Virus genome (UHGV): UHGV-0150885
DNA length: 57,380 bases
Reading direction: 5' to 3' (one strand)
Source of the DNA: a virus
Part shown: positions 8,746 to 17,638 of the stretch, piece by piece
Position numbering within the stretch: position 1 is the first letter of the stretch
Layout: every line of letters starts with the position of its first letter
Made by a program: the position numbers and the translations under genes
The notes under the pieces: model-generated
Told to the model about the DNA's origin: nothing
Databases searched by the model: none
Seen by the model: only the letters and a program-made list of their open reading frames with translations

Positions 8746-9858
8746 TCATGATGGTATATGTTGGAAGTTACGCGTCTTGCGGAGCGTTTCCGGCTTCAAC
8801 AGAAAATCTATATCAGCCAGCCAGCCGCTTTCATTCTCACCGAAATAGAAGTTCGGCGCATCAGCTTTAAATTTCTGGAAGTAAGCAATAAAGCTGTCAA
8901 CGCTTTTGTCTTTCAGGTAGTCAGATAGCGAATGGATCTTACGTTCAATATCCCGATCCAGTTCGGCAGGTGGTAACAGGCCGTCAAACGTGCTGTTAAA
9001 TGCTTCCACCACGTCGGCAGCGTTTACAGTAGCTGACAGCTTGCGCCATTGTTCAGCATCAGCCAGATACCCATCAAACTTAGTTACCCGGCAAATGTTA
9101 ACAGGCTTAGGCACTCCACCACGGCTACGCCATTGCGTCAAAGCCCACTCAATTACTAATGTGATCTCATCCTCCGTGTATGCCTTACGTGTTTTTGTTT
9201 CTGTCAGTAGTTCGATGAATGGCTTAGTATCACGACATTTGCATCCTGCCTTTTCGTTGTAGAAAGCCAGGCAACGCAATGCAGATTCGCTTATCTGAAA
9301 GTCACCGTCCTGATTGACTTCTTTTCTTTTTATATTTTTCTTTTCTTCTTCTGTTTCTATTTCTTCTTCTACTTCTACTTCTAATCCATGGTTGTGCCAT
9401 GGTTGTGCCATGGCTGCATCATGGTTGTGCCATGGTTTTTCTTTTTCTGTATCTGGTGAATTATTTACTTCCACTAAAGGATTATCTAACTTTTTATTTT
9501 TTTTGACGTTTAGCCTTTTAATTGCCTCTCTAAATTCGCTTTTTGACGAAGCCATTGATTGATCAAGTCTTTTTGCTAACGACAGGCATCTTACAACGCC
9601 ATGTGAGCAGTCGAACAAGCCAACTTCGATGAAGTATCTCATCATTTCTTCTACACGTTTCGGACTTGATCCTACGTTCCGGGCAATGATTCTTGCATCG
9701 TGTTTTAGTTCGAATGTCAGATTATGTTGATCTACTTCGTAGGCTATTAACTCGATGCAATACCAATAAAGCCCGTATCCTTCCAGGCCATAATCAAGCA
9801 AAACGTTTTGAAGTTTTTCATCGCGGTTCGCATCGCTATCATGCTTAAACCACTTCAT
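8746..9858 (-). CDS. Replication initiation/replisome organiser protein (O-like)
   Basis: 370 aa; N-terminal WFKHDSDANRDEKLQNVLLDYGLEGYGLYWYCIEL replisome-organiser-like domain; iterons inside; upstream of helicase. Confidence 0.65.
   Translation of the reverse strand: MKWFKHDSDANRDEKLQNVLLDYGLEGYGLYWYCIELIAYEVDQHNLTFELKHDARIIARNVGSSPKRVEEMMRYFIEVGLFDCSHGVVRCLSLAKRLDQSMASSKSEFREAIKRLNVKKNKKLDNPLVEVNNSPDTEKEKPWHNHDAAMAQPWHNHGLEVEVEEEIETEEEKKNIKRKEVNQDGDFQISESALRCLAFYNEKAGCKCRDTKPFIELLTETKTRKAYTEDEITLVIEWALTQWRSRGGVPKPVNICRVTKFDGYLADAEQWRKLSATVNAADVVEAFNSTFDGLLPPAELDRDIERKIHSLSDYLKDKSVDSFIAYFQKFKADAPNFYFGENESGWLADIDFLLKPETLRKTRNFQHIPS
9387..9435. repeat. Iteron-like 11-bp tandem repeats (CATGGTTGTGC x4.5) with adjacent pyrimidine-rich tract; candidate origin inside initiator gene
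   Basis: catggttgtgc catggttgtgc catggctgcat catggttgtgc catgg; encodes MAQPWHNH repeats. Confidence 0.6.
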
Positions 9859-9860
9859 TT

Positions 9861-10115
9861 CTATTCCTCCGGCAGCATTACCAGGTAAACGTCATTTACC
9901 GGGTAAGGGTTACAAATAAATCCTTTGTGTGTTAATCCGTTGATAGCAAGTATCACCGTACTTACAGGAATTTCACACATTTTTGCGATTTCTTGGTGTG
10001 ATACCCTGGCGTGGCGGCGATTATCTGCCTTTTCAGCCAGAGCCATTAAGACAAGTTTTTGAATCGGGCTGTTAAGTTCCACTTTCCAAGCCTCATTCAT
10101 CATGTGCATACTCAT
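9861..10115 (-). CDS. HTH DNA-binding protein (Cro/CII-like regulator or O N-terminal-like)
   Basis: 84 aa; VSHQEIAKMCEIPVSTVILAINGL HTH; AGGAG SD; first gene of leftward operon. Confidence 0.55.
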   Translation of the reverse strand: MSMHMMNEAWKVELNSPIQKLVLMALAEKADNRRHARVSHQEIAKMCEIPVSTVILAINGLTHKGFICNPYPVNDVYLVMLPEE

Positions 10116-10223
10116 TGTGTTTCTCCTATGGTTAAAATGAACGCGCGGGCGGGTATCCCATTAGCATTAGGTAGCAGTGATTGACCGCTCAACAGATCCC
10201 GCCGTTGCGTGATATTTGTTTTT

Positions 10224-10255
10224 CGCTTCGCAGCGACACCAGGTTTTTAAAGAGC
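10224..10255 (-). promoter_or_regulatory. nutR-like site (boxA GCTCTTTAAAAA + boxB hairpin CGCTGCGAAGCG) on leftward transcript
   Basis: Reverse complement reads GCTCTTTAAAAACC...CGC-TGCGAA-GCG; same boxA as two + strand nut sites. Confidence 0.4.
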
Positions 10256-10335
10256 TTTTAAGGTATGCGCCTTTTTGTGCTATTCCCTCATCTTTTTTCT
10301 TGCGTCTTTGCAAGTCCGGCTTTACCTTGTCTGCA

Positions 10336-10363
10336 AGTTTACAGAATGGTGTTTTTCGGTCAA
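10336..10363 (-). promoter_or_regulatory. Candidate PR promoter (TTGACC -16- TAAACT) for leftward early operon
   Basis: Hexamers on - strand between cI start and first leftward gene. Confidence 0.4.
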
Positions 10364-10422
10364 GGCTTGAAAAATACATTTTGTGACTTGCATCAAACTT
10401 TTTAGGGCGATAGGGTAGCGAT

Positions 10423-11070
10423 ATGAAAACAAAATGGTATGACTTAGCAAAACAACTCATGCGGGCGCAAGGCATGAGCCAGGATTCATTGGCGGATCTC
10501 ATGGGGATCACAAAAGGCGGCTTATCTCACTGGCTGAATGGTCGCCGCGAGCCAAATCTTGAAGATATTGCGCGGATTATGCGGGCGCTTGGTCGTCGGC
10601 AGTTTACGGTCACTCATGACGGGATGGTTATCGATGATTCAGTTTCAAATACGTTGCCGGGAGCGCCGCCGCTCGACGTGGGACGTTATCCGGTTATTGA
10701 CTGGAAAGACGCAGGAAACTACATGGAAGAAGCAAAACGCGCATTACTACCACACGTTAACACGAGCGTGATTTGTTCGGATGATAGTTATTGGCTGGTC
10801 GCAAAAGGTGAGTCAATGAACGCACCGCAGGGATTAAGTATCCCGGCAGGGACGATGATACTTGTCGATCCGCACGCGCCAGCTATTGACGGCAAACTGG
10901 TTATAGCCCAACTGGAGGAAGGGCAAACGCCGACGTTTAAACAGTTAATCATTGATGGAGGTCAAAGGCTTTTACGTTCGCTTAATCCGCTGTACCCACC
11001 AATCCCGCTAAACCCTGAATCAAAAATTATTGGCGTGGTGGTGGATGCAAAGATCGTAAACCTGCCATAA
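10423..11070 (+). CDS. cI: CI-like repressor, HTH-XRE + LexA-like peptidase S24 domain
   Basis: 215 aa; N-term HTH (QDSLADLMGITKGGLSHWLNG); C-term S24 motifs (KGESM ... TFKQL). Confidence 0.85.
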   Translation: MKTKWYDLAKQLMRAQGMSQDSLADLMGITKGGLSHWLNGRREPNLEDIARIMRALGRRQFTVTHDGMVIDDSVSNTLPGAPPLDVGRYPVIDWKDAGNYMEEAKRALLPHVNTSVICSDDSYWLVAKGESMNAPQGLSIPAGTMILVDPHAPAIDGKLVIAQLEEGQTPTFKQLIIDGGQRLLRSLNPLYPPIPLNPESKIIGVVVDAKIVNLP

Positions 11071-11075
11071 ACATT

Positions 11076-11100
11076 AGCCGCCGGATGGCGGCTTTTCTTT
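11076..11100 (+). terminator. Rho-independent terminator after cI
   Basis: AGCCGCC-GGAT-GGCGGCT hairpin followed by TTTCTTT. Confidence 0.6.
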
Positions 11101-11180
11101 GCCCGGAAAGCACCAAAACGTAAACCGAAAACAGTTTTTATTGTTTGAATATCAATGAGATAGAAAATATTTTAAAAAAG

Positions 11181-11222
11181 TATACAAAATGGATTGACTC
11201 AACATATCACGGGGCGTATATT
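11181..11222 (+). promoter_or_regulatory. Candidate PL promoter: TATACAAAATGG box, -35 TTGACT, 17 bp, -10 TATATT
   Basis: Near-consensus sigma70 hexamers with 17-bp spacer upstream of nutL and N-like gene. Confidence 0.5.
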
Positions 11223-11267
11223 GCGAGTCAAAGGAGGGAAGGCAGTAGAAAAAAGGAAGTTTGAAAA

Positions 11268-11302
11268 TGCTCTTTAACAATCCGGTTGCACTGAAATGTG
11301 CA
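11268..11302 (+). promoter_or_regulatory. nutL-like site: boxA TGCTCTTTAACAA + boxB hairpin TGCAC-TGAAAT-GTGCA
   Basis: rrn-type boxA followed 7 nt later by 5-bp stem/6-nt loop hairpin, 30 bp upstream of N-like gene. Confidence 0.55.
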
Positions 11303-11332
11303 GACATAAATTTCAACTAAGGAAATAAGATT

Positions 11333-11623
11333 ATGAATGCGAAAATTACTTACGGTAACTGTGAGAGCAAACTTAACGCCCGCGCCCGCCGACGGATGAA
11401 ACGGGCAGCAGAGCAAGATGAAGGCCCGCACATACAGAAGGTTGATAGAGTGGAAAAAGCTATTCGCTTTGCAAATGAGGAAAAATGCGAACCAAATAGC
11501 GTTAAAGGACGTCGCAAGGGAGCAACAAAATGGTATCAGGAAAATGAAAGCGGCAACTACTTTCACGCAACGCAGCCGCGCCAGCTTGGGGAAAAACCCC
11601 TCGATAAAGTCCGATACCATTAA
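11333..11623 (+). CDS. N-like transcription antitermination protein
   Basis: 96 aa; N-terminal arginine-rich motif NARARRRMKRAAEQ like lambda/P22 N ARM; first gene after PL and nut. Confidence 0.6.
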   Translation: MNAKITYGNCESKLNARARRRMKRAAEQDEGPHIQKVDRVEKAIRFANEEKCEPNSVKGRRKGATKWYQENESGNYFHATQPRQLGEKPLDKVRYH

Positions 11624-11653
11624 TACATAACGTAAACAACAGGAGGTGACATT

Positions 11654-11776
11654 ATGGTTATCCAGGCGCTTCAATTCAAACTGGCGGTAGCGGAAATGCT
11701 TCACGATGCCGAAATGTGGAGCGCCGCGAATAAAGCCTTGTATGTGGTATTAACAGCGAAGGAGATTAAAGGGTGA
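11654..11776 (+). CDS. Small hypothetical protein (40 aa)
   Basis: Strong SD AGGAGGT 7 nt upstream; stop overlaps erf start (GTGA). Confidence 0.4.
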   Translation: MVIQALQFKLAVAEMLHDAEMWSAANKALYVVLTAKEIKG

Positions 11777-12414
11777 AAACAGAGCTACACAAGAAACTGT
11801 GGACGATTCAGCAGACGCTTAACGCGCCTAAGAATCAGCGTAATAACTTCGGGGGTTATAGCTATCGTTCAGCGGAGGATATTCTGGAAGCGGTTAAACC
11901 GCTACTTCAAAATGTCACACTAACGCTGAATGATGAAATTATCCTGATTGGTGAGCGTTATTACGTTAAAGCCACTGCGACATTAAGCGACGGCGAGGAC
12001 GCAATAGCGGTAACTGCTTACGCAAGGGAGGAAGAAAACAAGCGCGGTATGGATGCAAGCCAGCTAACAGGAGCAACATCAAGTTACGCGCGGAAATATG
12101 CCTTGAACGGTTTATTCTGCATAGACGACGCGAAAGACGCTGATACTGATGCTTATGCTAAACAGACAAATCAACAGCCACGCCAGCAGAAAAACCCGCC
12201 AAAACAACAACCGCAGCAGCAGAAAGCGCCACCAAATCCTGATGAAGTGTTAGCACGTTTCTGTGATGCGGCAGCGAAAGCGCCGGACGCGAACAAATTG
12301 CGCGAGATCTTCGGCAAGTGCTGGAAGCTACTGCCTAAAGATTCAGAACAACAACAAAAAGCGAAAGACGTTTATGACATTCGCTTAAAAGAGCTTAACG
12401 GGGAGATTAATTAA
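11773..12414 (+). CDS. erf: Erf-family single-strand annealing protein
   Basis: 213 aa; colinear with P22 Erf (NAPKNQ..YRSAEDILEAVKPLL, ERYYVKATAT, TGATSSYARKYALNGLF). Confidence 0.85.
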   Translation: MKTELHKKLWTIQQTLNAPKNQRNNFGGYSYRSAEDILEAVKPLLQNVTLTLNDEIILIGERYYVKATATLSDGEDAIAVTAYAREEENKRGMDASQLTGATSSYARKYALNGLFCIDDAKDADTDAYAKQTNQQPRQQKNPPKQQPQQQKAPPNPDEVLARFCDAAAKAPDANKLREIFGKCWKLLPKDSEQQQKAKDVYDIRLKELNGEIN

Positions 12415-12833
12415 TGAGTTTAAATTCAATCACGCTGGGCGGAAATATCGGAAACGACATGGAAATTCGCTACACGCAAAACGGAAAAGCGATTGGTAGT
12501 TTCTCGTTAGCTGTAACGAATGGCTACGGCGATAATAAGCGGACAATGTGGATCACTTGCCTGGTATTTGGTGAGCGTGCGGAAAAATTAGCGCCGCATA
12601 TCCGCAAGGGCGGAAAGATAGTGGTAAGCGGTCGCCTGGATGTTCGGCAATATGACCGGAACGACGGCACGAAGGGAACGGCTGTAGAAGTAGCGGTCAG
12701 TGAATTCGAATTCATGAACGTTAACCAGCAGGGCCAGCAGCAAGGCCAGCAGCAGAAAGCGCCGCCGCAGCAGCAGAATAATAACGGGAACAATCCTCCG
12801 CCGATGGACTTCGACGACGATATTCCTTTTTAG
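12414..12833 (+). CDS. ssb: Single-stranded DNA-binding protein
   Basis: 139 aa; OB-fold SSB motifs, Gln/Pro-rich tail ending DFDDDIPF. Confidence 0.85.
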   Translation: MSLNSITLGGNIGNDMEIRYTQNGKAIGSFSLAVTNGYGDNKRTMWITCLVFGERAEKLAPHIRKGGKIVVSGRLDVRQYDRNDGTKGTAVEVAVSEFEFMNVNQQGQQQGQQQKAPPQQQNNNGNNPPPMDFDDDIPF

Positions 12834-12849
12834 AATCAATAGGTTAGCG

Positions 12850-13128
12850 ATGGGTGATTATTTAAAACCGCCACCGCCGCCACGAACAAAAGAGCAAGTA
12901 TTAAAAGAAGCCCGCGATCAAATCGATCGGGGGCTTTTTTTATGTGGCACGGCAGCGGAACGAATGGCGAAAAGATTTAGTGACCTGTACGCAAAGCAAA
13001 TCTGGTTTGACAACTGGCAAGCGAGTTTTTACCCGCTGCAAAGAAAACCGGATATGCAGTGGCCTGAATATGTCGATCCACGTATGCGCAAATATCGCGG
13101 GCGTATGGGCCAGGTTATTAACGATTAA
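12850..13128 (+). CDS. Hypothetical protein (92 aa)
   Basis: ORF track; same-strand operon context. Confidence 0.5.
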   Translation: MGDYLKPPPPPRTKEQVLKEARDQIDRGLFLCGTAAERMAKRFSDLYAKQIWFDNWQASFYPLQRKPDMQWPEYVDPRMRKYRGRMGQVIND

Positions 13129-13140
13129 TGAGGTATCGAA

Positions 13141-13394
13141 TCATGACAGCTACAACATTAAGCGAAAATAACGGCAGAGGTTTTCAGAGGACTGCGGAAA
13201 GTCTTGATGATAGTGACGTCTTTATTGATTTCGGCGGCGGTAACTATGAATTCGAAACGTCTGCGGGGTGGGTGGATAAATGGCCTTTCCCTACTCGCCA
13301 GGAATTAAGTAACCGTAAATCATTTGGCGAAGACGCCGAACGTCTGGCGAATAATAAATGGCTTGATAAATTCATTGCGGAGGGTGGCAAATGA
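13141..13394 (+). CDS. Hypothetical protein (~84 aa)
   Basis: Start MTATTLSEN with GAGGTA SD. Confidence 0.5.
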
Positions 13395-13504
13395 ATCTCG
13401 CAAAAATTGCCGCATTGCTCGCGGCGGTAGCAGTGGCGGTGCTGTATCTCAGTGTTTCGCTTTATATCACGGTGGCGATCATCAAACTGATTACTAATAT
13501 GTGA
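13391..13504 (+). CDS. Tiny hydrophobic peptide (37 aa)
   Basis: MNLAKIAALLAAVAVAVLYLSVSLYITVAIIKLITNM; ATGA start/stop overlap with upstream gene. Confidence 0.4.
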   Translation: MNLAKIAALLAAVAVAVLYLSVSLYITVAIIKLITNM

Positions 13505-13512
13505 GGCCAATT

Positions 13513-13632
13513 ATGAAAGTCGGTAAGGATATTGTAAGGGTTGCGTTTTGCGTTATTTGCTTCCTGTTTACGGTTGTGTTTTGCGGCGCACTGGCGGCGG
13601 TGATTAGCTTTATTGGTAAGGGGTTAATGTGA
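13513..13632 (+). CDS. Tiny hydrophobic peptide (39 aa)
   Basis: MKVGKDIVRVAFCVICFLFTVVFCGALAAVISFIGKGLM; stop overlaps next ORF start. Confidence 0.4.
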   Translation: MKVGKDIVRVAFCVICFLFTVVFCGALAAVISFIGKGLM

Positions 13633-13904
13633 TGATGATTTGGGATGCAAAGGCGGGTGATCTCGTTGTTTTGCCTGCATATCGTAGTGATCCTGGCCTG
13701 GTCGTGCTGAATAAAACATGTAGCGATCTTGAACGACCGTTACTTGTTCAATATTTAGATGGCACGCTGATCGAGCCGCGCTACTTCGATAGTATCGTAC
13801 TAACGGCCCGCAATGTTCGTGTTAAGCCGTTCCGGGCTTATGTTGAAAACCACTGGCGGCGGTTGTTCGCTGGTCTAAATGGGATGTTCGGCGTATGGCT
13901 ATAA
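13629..13904 (+). CDS. Hypothetical protein (91 aa)
   Basis: ORF track; coupled to neighbours. Confidence 0.5.
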   Translation: MMMIWDAKAGDLVVLPAYRSDPGLVVLNKTCSDLERPLLVQYLDGTLIEPRYFDSIVLTARNVRVKPFRAYVENHWRRLFAGLNGMFGVWL

Positions 13905-14077
13905 AATTGGTGAAGGTTAAAGACCTGAAAGGCGGTGAGAAGATCCGCGCGTGGTGGGGATATGAATTTATTGCTACTGCCTTTTATTTCGGGCCAGGGG
14001 GTCAGGTAACAATATTCGATGAAGATTACGACGAGGTAGGCCAATGGCATCTTGAACAATATGTCGAGGTGTTATAA
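13895..14077 (+). CDS. Hypothetical protein (60 aa)
   Basis: ORF track. Confidence 0.45.
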   Translation: MAIKLVKVKDLKGGEKIRAWWGYEFIATAFYFGPGGQVTIFDEDYDEVGQWHLEQYVEVL

Positions 14078-14410
14078 ATGAAAATTAAATTCCACAAAGC
14101 GTATGACGCTAACACAAACAAGCTATCTCTATTCATTGAATTCGAACGCCGGATCGTGTGTGTGCCGTGGGCGCGTCGCTTCAATGATGCTGGCGGGCGG
14201 CGACAATTTGCGGTAGATATGCTGTTACGTGGCTGTGGCCTTATGCGTCCGCTATCTGATTTAAAACGAATGATGCCGGGATCGTTCGGTCAGATTGACG
14301 AAATGGAAATAAGCCCGGAAGAACTGAAACGGGAGCGTGATTTATTCCTTTCAAGCGAAGGAAACCCGTTCAATCCAGAAACTGAAATGAAATGGCATCA
14401 TCCACTATAA
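14078..14410 (+). CDS. Hypothetical protein (110 aa)
   Basis: ORF track. Confidence 0.5.
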   Translation: MKIKFHKAYDANTNKLSLFIEFERRIVCVPWARRFNDAGGRRQFAVDMLLRGCGLMRPLSDLKRMMPGSFGQIDEMEISPEELKRERDLFLSSEGNPFNPETEMKWHHPL

Positions 14411-14421
14411 GGATAAATATT

Positions 14422-15042
14422 ATGAACAATATCAAAACAGCTTATTCACTCGGCAGCGACGGCATGTTAATCACTCGCTACGCGGAGGACGCAAGTTTTC
14501 ATGAAGTGGAAACGAAGGATTATCACGAAGTATTAAAAGATATGAACGCTGGCGCGTATGACGCCGATTTAAACCTGGCGCTACAGATTGTTGATATTAT
14601 GATGGATGCATCAATCCGCGATTACGTTGATTTAAGCCTGGAAGAAAAAACAGATATTGCGCGTTATGTGTTCTGCCTTTCTTTTGTAAAACGCATGGAG
14701 GAAGAATTCGGACGCGTACCAGTACCGGAGGAAGTTGATCCGCTCGCGTTCGGAAGTGCTGTTATTTTCCCGTTAAGTAAGGATCAGTTCGGTAGTGCTT
14801 CACTGCATTGTATGCGCGAACTGATGAAAGGCATCTTTGAGGTTAAGATGTTACAGAAATTTGTTGAGGAAGGACACGAAGAAGTGAACGTTAAGGCGTT
14901 TATTCCGGTGCTTTACGGAAATTTCGTTGGCGATGATATGCGAGCTAATGAATTAGGCGTACAGGCGGCTATCGCTGTGCTTAATGATGCACGGAAAAAC
15001 GCACAGCCTATTCATGAGCCGGAAAAACGCGTACTTCATTAA
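14422..15042 (+). CDS. Hypothetical protein (~206 aa)
   Basis: ORF track; start MNNIKTAY. Confidence 0.55.
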   Translation: MNNIKTAYSLGSDGMLITRYAEDASFHEVETKDYHEVLKDMNAGAYDADLNLALQIVDIMMDASIRDYVDLSLEEKTDIARYVFCLSFVKRMEEEFGRVPVPEEVDPLAFGSAVIFPLSKDQFGSASLHCMRELMKGIFEVKMLQKFVEEGHEEVNVKAFIPVLYGNFVGDDMRANELGVQAAIAVLNDARKNAQPIHEPEKRVLH

Positions 15043-15141
15043 CAGCGTGATTGCGATCACATAAATATACATTTTGTCTTGTCCTGCTGTATCCGTTTTG
15101 TAAACTTAAATCGAAAGGTATACAGAACGGAGGGCGGGAAA

Positions 15142-15324
15142 ATGACAAACTTTGAACGTAACCACAAAAGCAAACTAAACCCGCACTTCATCATTGAGCG
15201 CACGTTAGGCGGACTATTCGCGATTCTGGTCCCGGCGGCGGCTGTAATGCTCGTTTACATGATCATTGACCTGATTATCAAAGCCTTCAACAACGGGATC
15301 TGTATGTACGCGGTTTGCTATTAG
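15142..15324 (+). CDS. Small membrane protein (60 aa)
   Basis: Start MTNFERN with GGAGGG SD; one TM helix (LGGLFAILVPAAAVMLVYMII). Confidence 0.45.
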   Translation: MTNFERNHKSKLNPHFIIERTLGGLFAILVPAAAVMLVYMIIDLIIKAFNNGICMYAVCY

Positions 15325-15328
15325 CGGG

Positions 15329-15553
15329 GTGGATATGGAAAACCAAATCATGCTGCATTGCGTAGAGGGTGGCGTAGGTCCGGGCGCTTACGTCGCCGGG
15401 CGGAAATATCCGGCAAACGAAGTGTTAAGCCACGAACAATGGCGGGAGGACGCTTATCACGTAACTGTATGGGGCGCGGAAGTCCAGGGTGTCGAGATGA
15501 TTGGTATCGAGCAATATCTTGGAAAATTCGATTATGGCTTACTGGAGGCGTGA
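15329..15553 (+). CDS. Hypothetical protein (74 aa)
   Basis: ORF track. Confidence 0.45.
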   Translation: MDMENQIMLHCVEGGVGPGAYVAGRKYPANEVLSHEQWREDAYHVTVWGAEVQGVEMIGIEQYLGKFDYGLLEA

Positions 15554-15555
15554 TT

Positions 15556-15654
15556 ATGTGGCTGATTGATTTAATCCTGGGTTGTTGGTTGTTCGCCCTG
15601 GTTGGCTTTGTTTGTTATTTCGCCTGGGAAGAAGGAAAACACAATGGACGCTGA
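15556..15654 (+). CDS. Tiny hydrophobic peptide (32 aa)
   Basis: MWLIDLILGCWLFALVGFVCYFAWEEGKHNGR; GGAGG SD. Confidence 0.35.
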   Translation: MWLIDLILGCWLFALVGFVCYFAWEEGKHNGR

Positions 15655-15733
15655 ATTGATGTTTATGGCTTGTTGCTGGGGGATCGTAATGGTCGGTTTG
15701 TTTCTCCGCTGGGTGATTGAAAAATATTTGTGA
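15644..15733 (+). CDS. Tiny hydrophobic peptide (29 aa)
   Basis: MDAELMFMACCWGIVMVGLFLRWVIEKYL; overlaps previous ORF end. Confidence 0.35.
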   Translation: MDAELMFMACCWGIVMVGLFLRWVIEKYL

Positions 15734-15741
15734 GGCTGAAT

Positions 15742-15936
15742 ATGAAAAAGGTTGGTGGCTATACATTACCGGACAACGCCAAATTAGCCGGGATTGGTTT
15801 TAGTGGCTGTTATTACTACAACAATATAGGCGATGTTTATTGCGTGCGCTTTGTCGATGGTGTACAGCATTTTCGCAGGCTACCAGATGTTGAATTGAGC
15901 AAACTTATCCGGGAGGTATCGTTACATGCGGTTTAA
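15742..15936 (+). CDS. Hypothetical protein (64 aa)
   Basis: ORF track; start MKKVGG with GAGG SD. Confidence 0.45.
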   Translation: MKKVGGYTLPDNAKLAGIGFSGCYYYNNIGDVYCVRFVDGVQHFRRLPDVELSKLIREVSLHAV

Positions 15937-16129
15937 ACATTACAGAGAATGGAAAATTCCAGAAGCAGCAACAAAGGCCGCACCTGGTAATTTTTCGGGC
16001 GTTTATTTTTACATGGATGGCAAATGGTATTTCGGCAGCAGGCCGGATCACTATTATCAGGAAATGTGTATGCCTCATGTGTGGGATATTAAAGAGCGCG
16101 TGAAAGGCGGGGTGATTGAGGACGTTTAA
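15926..16129 (+). CDS. Hypothetical protein (67 aa)
   Basis: ORF track. Confidence 0.45.
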   Translation: MRFKHYREWKIPEAATKAAPGNFSGVYFYMDGKWYFGSRPDHYYQEMCMPHVWDIKERVKGGVIEDV

Positions 16130-16366
16130 ATGTTAAGAGAACTGTTTCATTTCTTGGGGGCGTGGCTTTTAGCCGCGCTTTTTGTTTTCCTGGGGTGCAC
16201 TGTCATTATTGCTGTTTTGATTGTCGGTGCAATGTTTATCACATGGTCGCTTCCTGATATTCGACCGTGGGCGGAATTGTTTTTTGGTGTACGCGTGCTA
16301 ATCGCTTTTAGTGTTTTCATGGGTTTTTGTTGGGCTGCCGCACCTGATTGGGATGATCCGTGGTGA
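16130..16366 (+). CDS. Small membrane protein (78 aa, 2 TM helices)
   Basis: ORF track; hydrophobic throughout. Confidence 0.45.
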   Translation: MLRELFHFLGAWLLAALFVFLGCTVIIAVLIVGAMFITWSLPDIRPWAELFFGVRVLIAFSVFMGFCWAAAPDWDDPW

Positions 16367-16370
16367 TTAT

Positions 16371-16604
16371 ATGGCTTTATTCAACCTGTCAGAGCCGCAA
16401 TTTAACGCCGTTAAAACTGCTGCCCGCGCGGCGCTTTCTGCCTGCAAAGCGGAGGTAGAAAGAAACGGCTATAGCGATAAAGCCACGCGGCTGATACTCG
16501 ATAGGCATTATCGCAAGGTCGCCCCGCTAATCAGTATTGAGCGGTTTGTGTGGTTGGTGGGGTATTTAAACAACCGCTGGGGGACGGAACAGGATTATTT
16601 TTAA
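16371..16604 (+). CDS. Hypothetical protein (~77 aa)
   Basis: ORF track; start MALFNLSEPQ. Confidence 0.45.
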   Translation: MALFNLSEPQFNAVKTAARAALSACKAEVERNGYSDKATRLILDRHYRKVAPLISIERFVWLVGYLNNRWGTEQDYF

Positions 16605-16613
16605 GGGGGTATA

Positions 16614-17147
16614 ATGAAAAATGATTACGGCGGCAGCCACACGCCGAAGGAAATTAAGGATCTCTGGCAAACGCCGAAGCCCGTATTTAGAGGAATGGAT
16701 CGGGAATTCGAATTCGTCGCCGATGTGGCGGCAAACAAGGCAAACGCATTAGTTCCGCGATATATAACCGAAGAAATGAACACACTACATTATCCGTGGG
16801 GAGCGGTGGCGATGCCTGGTGAGTATGTCTGGATGAATCCACCATATTCTAATCCGGGGCCATTCGTTGATAAGGCGGCACTTGAGCACCATCAAAATCA
16901 TATCGGATGTGTAATGTTATTGCCCGCTGATATTTCTGTTAACTGGTTTATGAACGGCCTGGAAACGGCAAACGAATGTCGCTTGATCACGCGCGGGCGG
17001 CTGGCGTTTATTAATGCTGCGACTGGTAAGCCAGCGAGCGGGAACAATAAGGGTAGCTTGTTCTTGATCTGGCATCCACGATGCAGGCATGAATGTATTT
17101 TCACGCAGATAACACGTAAAGAGCTATATGCAAGAGGTGCAGAATAA
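16614..17147 (+). CDS. dam: Phage DNA N6-adenine methyltransferase (Dam-like)
   Basis: 177 aa; catalytic NPPY motif (WMNPPYS) and overall phage Dam-family layout. Confidence 0.8.
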   Translation: MKNDYGGSHTPKEIKDLWQTPKPVFRGMDREFEFVADVAANKANALVPRYITEEMNTLHYPWGAVAMPGEYVWMNPPYSNPGPFVDKAALEHHQNHIGCVMLLPADISVNWFMNGLETANECRLITRGRLAFINAATGKPASGNNKGSLFLIWHPRCRHECIFTQITRKELYARGAE

Positions 17148-17638
17148 TGACTAAGGCAGCAGATTTATTAAGACTCGCAGCGGAAACCATAGAGCAAAGA
17201 GGTAAGCAAAACGGCTACGACAAAAAAGAGGAAAAATCAGCGCCAAAAATAGCCACTATTTACAACGCTAAGAAGGGAGCCGATTTAACCCCGCTTGATG
17301 TATGGGATCTACTGATTTGCCTCAAAGAAGCGCGTTTAGGGGCCATTTTAAGCAACGGAACAGATCCGACAGACACGTTGATTGATTTGATTAGCTATAA
17401 CGCGCTAAAAGCAGAGCAAATATTAACGGATCGGGAGGAAGAACAAAGTAAGAAACAGGCTGTTTTTGATATGCCGTTAAATTGCGGCTGTAAAAAAACC
17501 TCGATACCAGGCGACCTGATCGCTAGTGGCGAAGTAATAATGAATGGTAGCCTCCAGCTTGGTAACGGCTGGCGGTTTAATAAAGAGGCTTTATTGTATT
17601 CACCGAAGGATCATAAAAATGAAAAGGGTGACAATTGA
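17147..17638 (+). CDS. Hypothetical protein; N-terminal domain resembles MazG-like/dNTP pyrophosphohydrolase-associated phage domain
   Basis: 163 aa; ETIEQRGKQNGYD...LTPLDVWDLLICLKEARL pattern; assignment from memory only. Confidence 0.5.
   Translation: MTKAADLLRLAAETIEQRGKQNGYDKKEEKSAPKIATIYNAKKGADLTPLDVWDLLICLKEARLGAILSNGTDPTDTLIDLISYNALKAEQILTDREEEQSKKQAVFDMPLNCGCKKTSIPGDLIASGEVIMNGSLQLGNGWRFNKEALLYSPKDHKNEKGDN

Noticed and set aside
10167-10511. 114-aa - strand ORF in the cI-PR intergenic region, considered as a cro candidate
   Set aside because: Overlaps the cI start on the opposite strand, lacks an SD before any internal ATG, and has low-complexity basic composition without an HTH; region better explained as operator/promoter/nutR DNA.
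11228-11704. 158-aa - strand ORF opposite the N-like gene
   Set aside because: Antisense to a better-supported + strand gene with SD and arginine-rich motif; odd Cys/Phe-rich composition and no SD.
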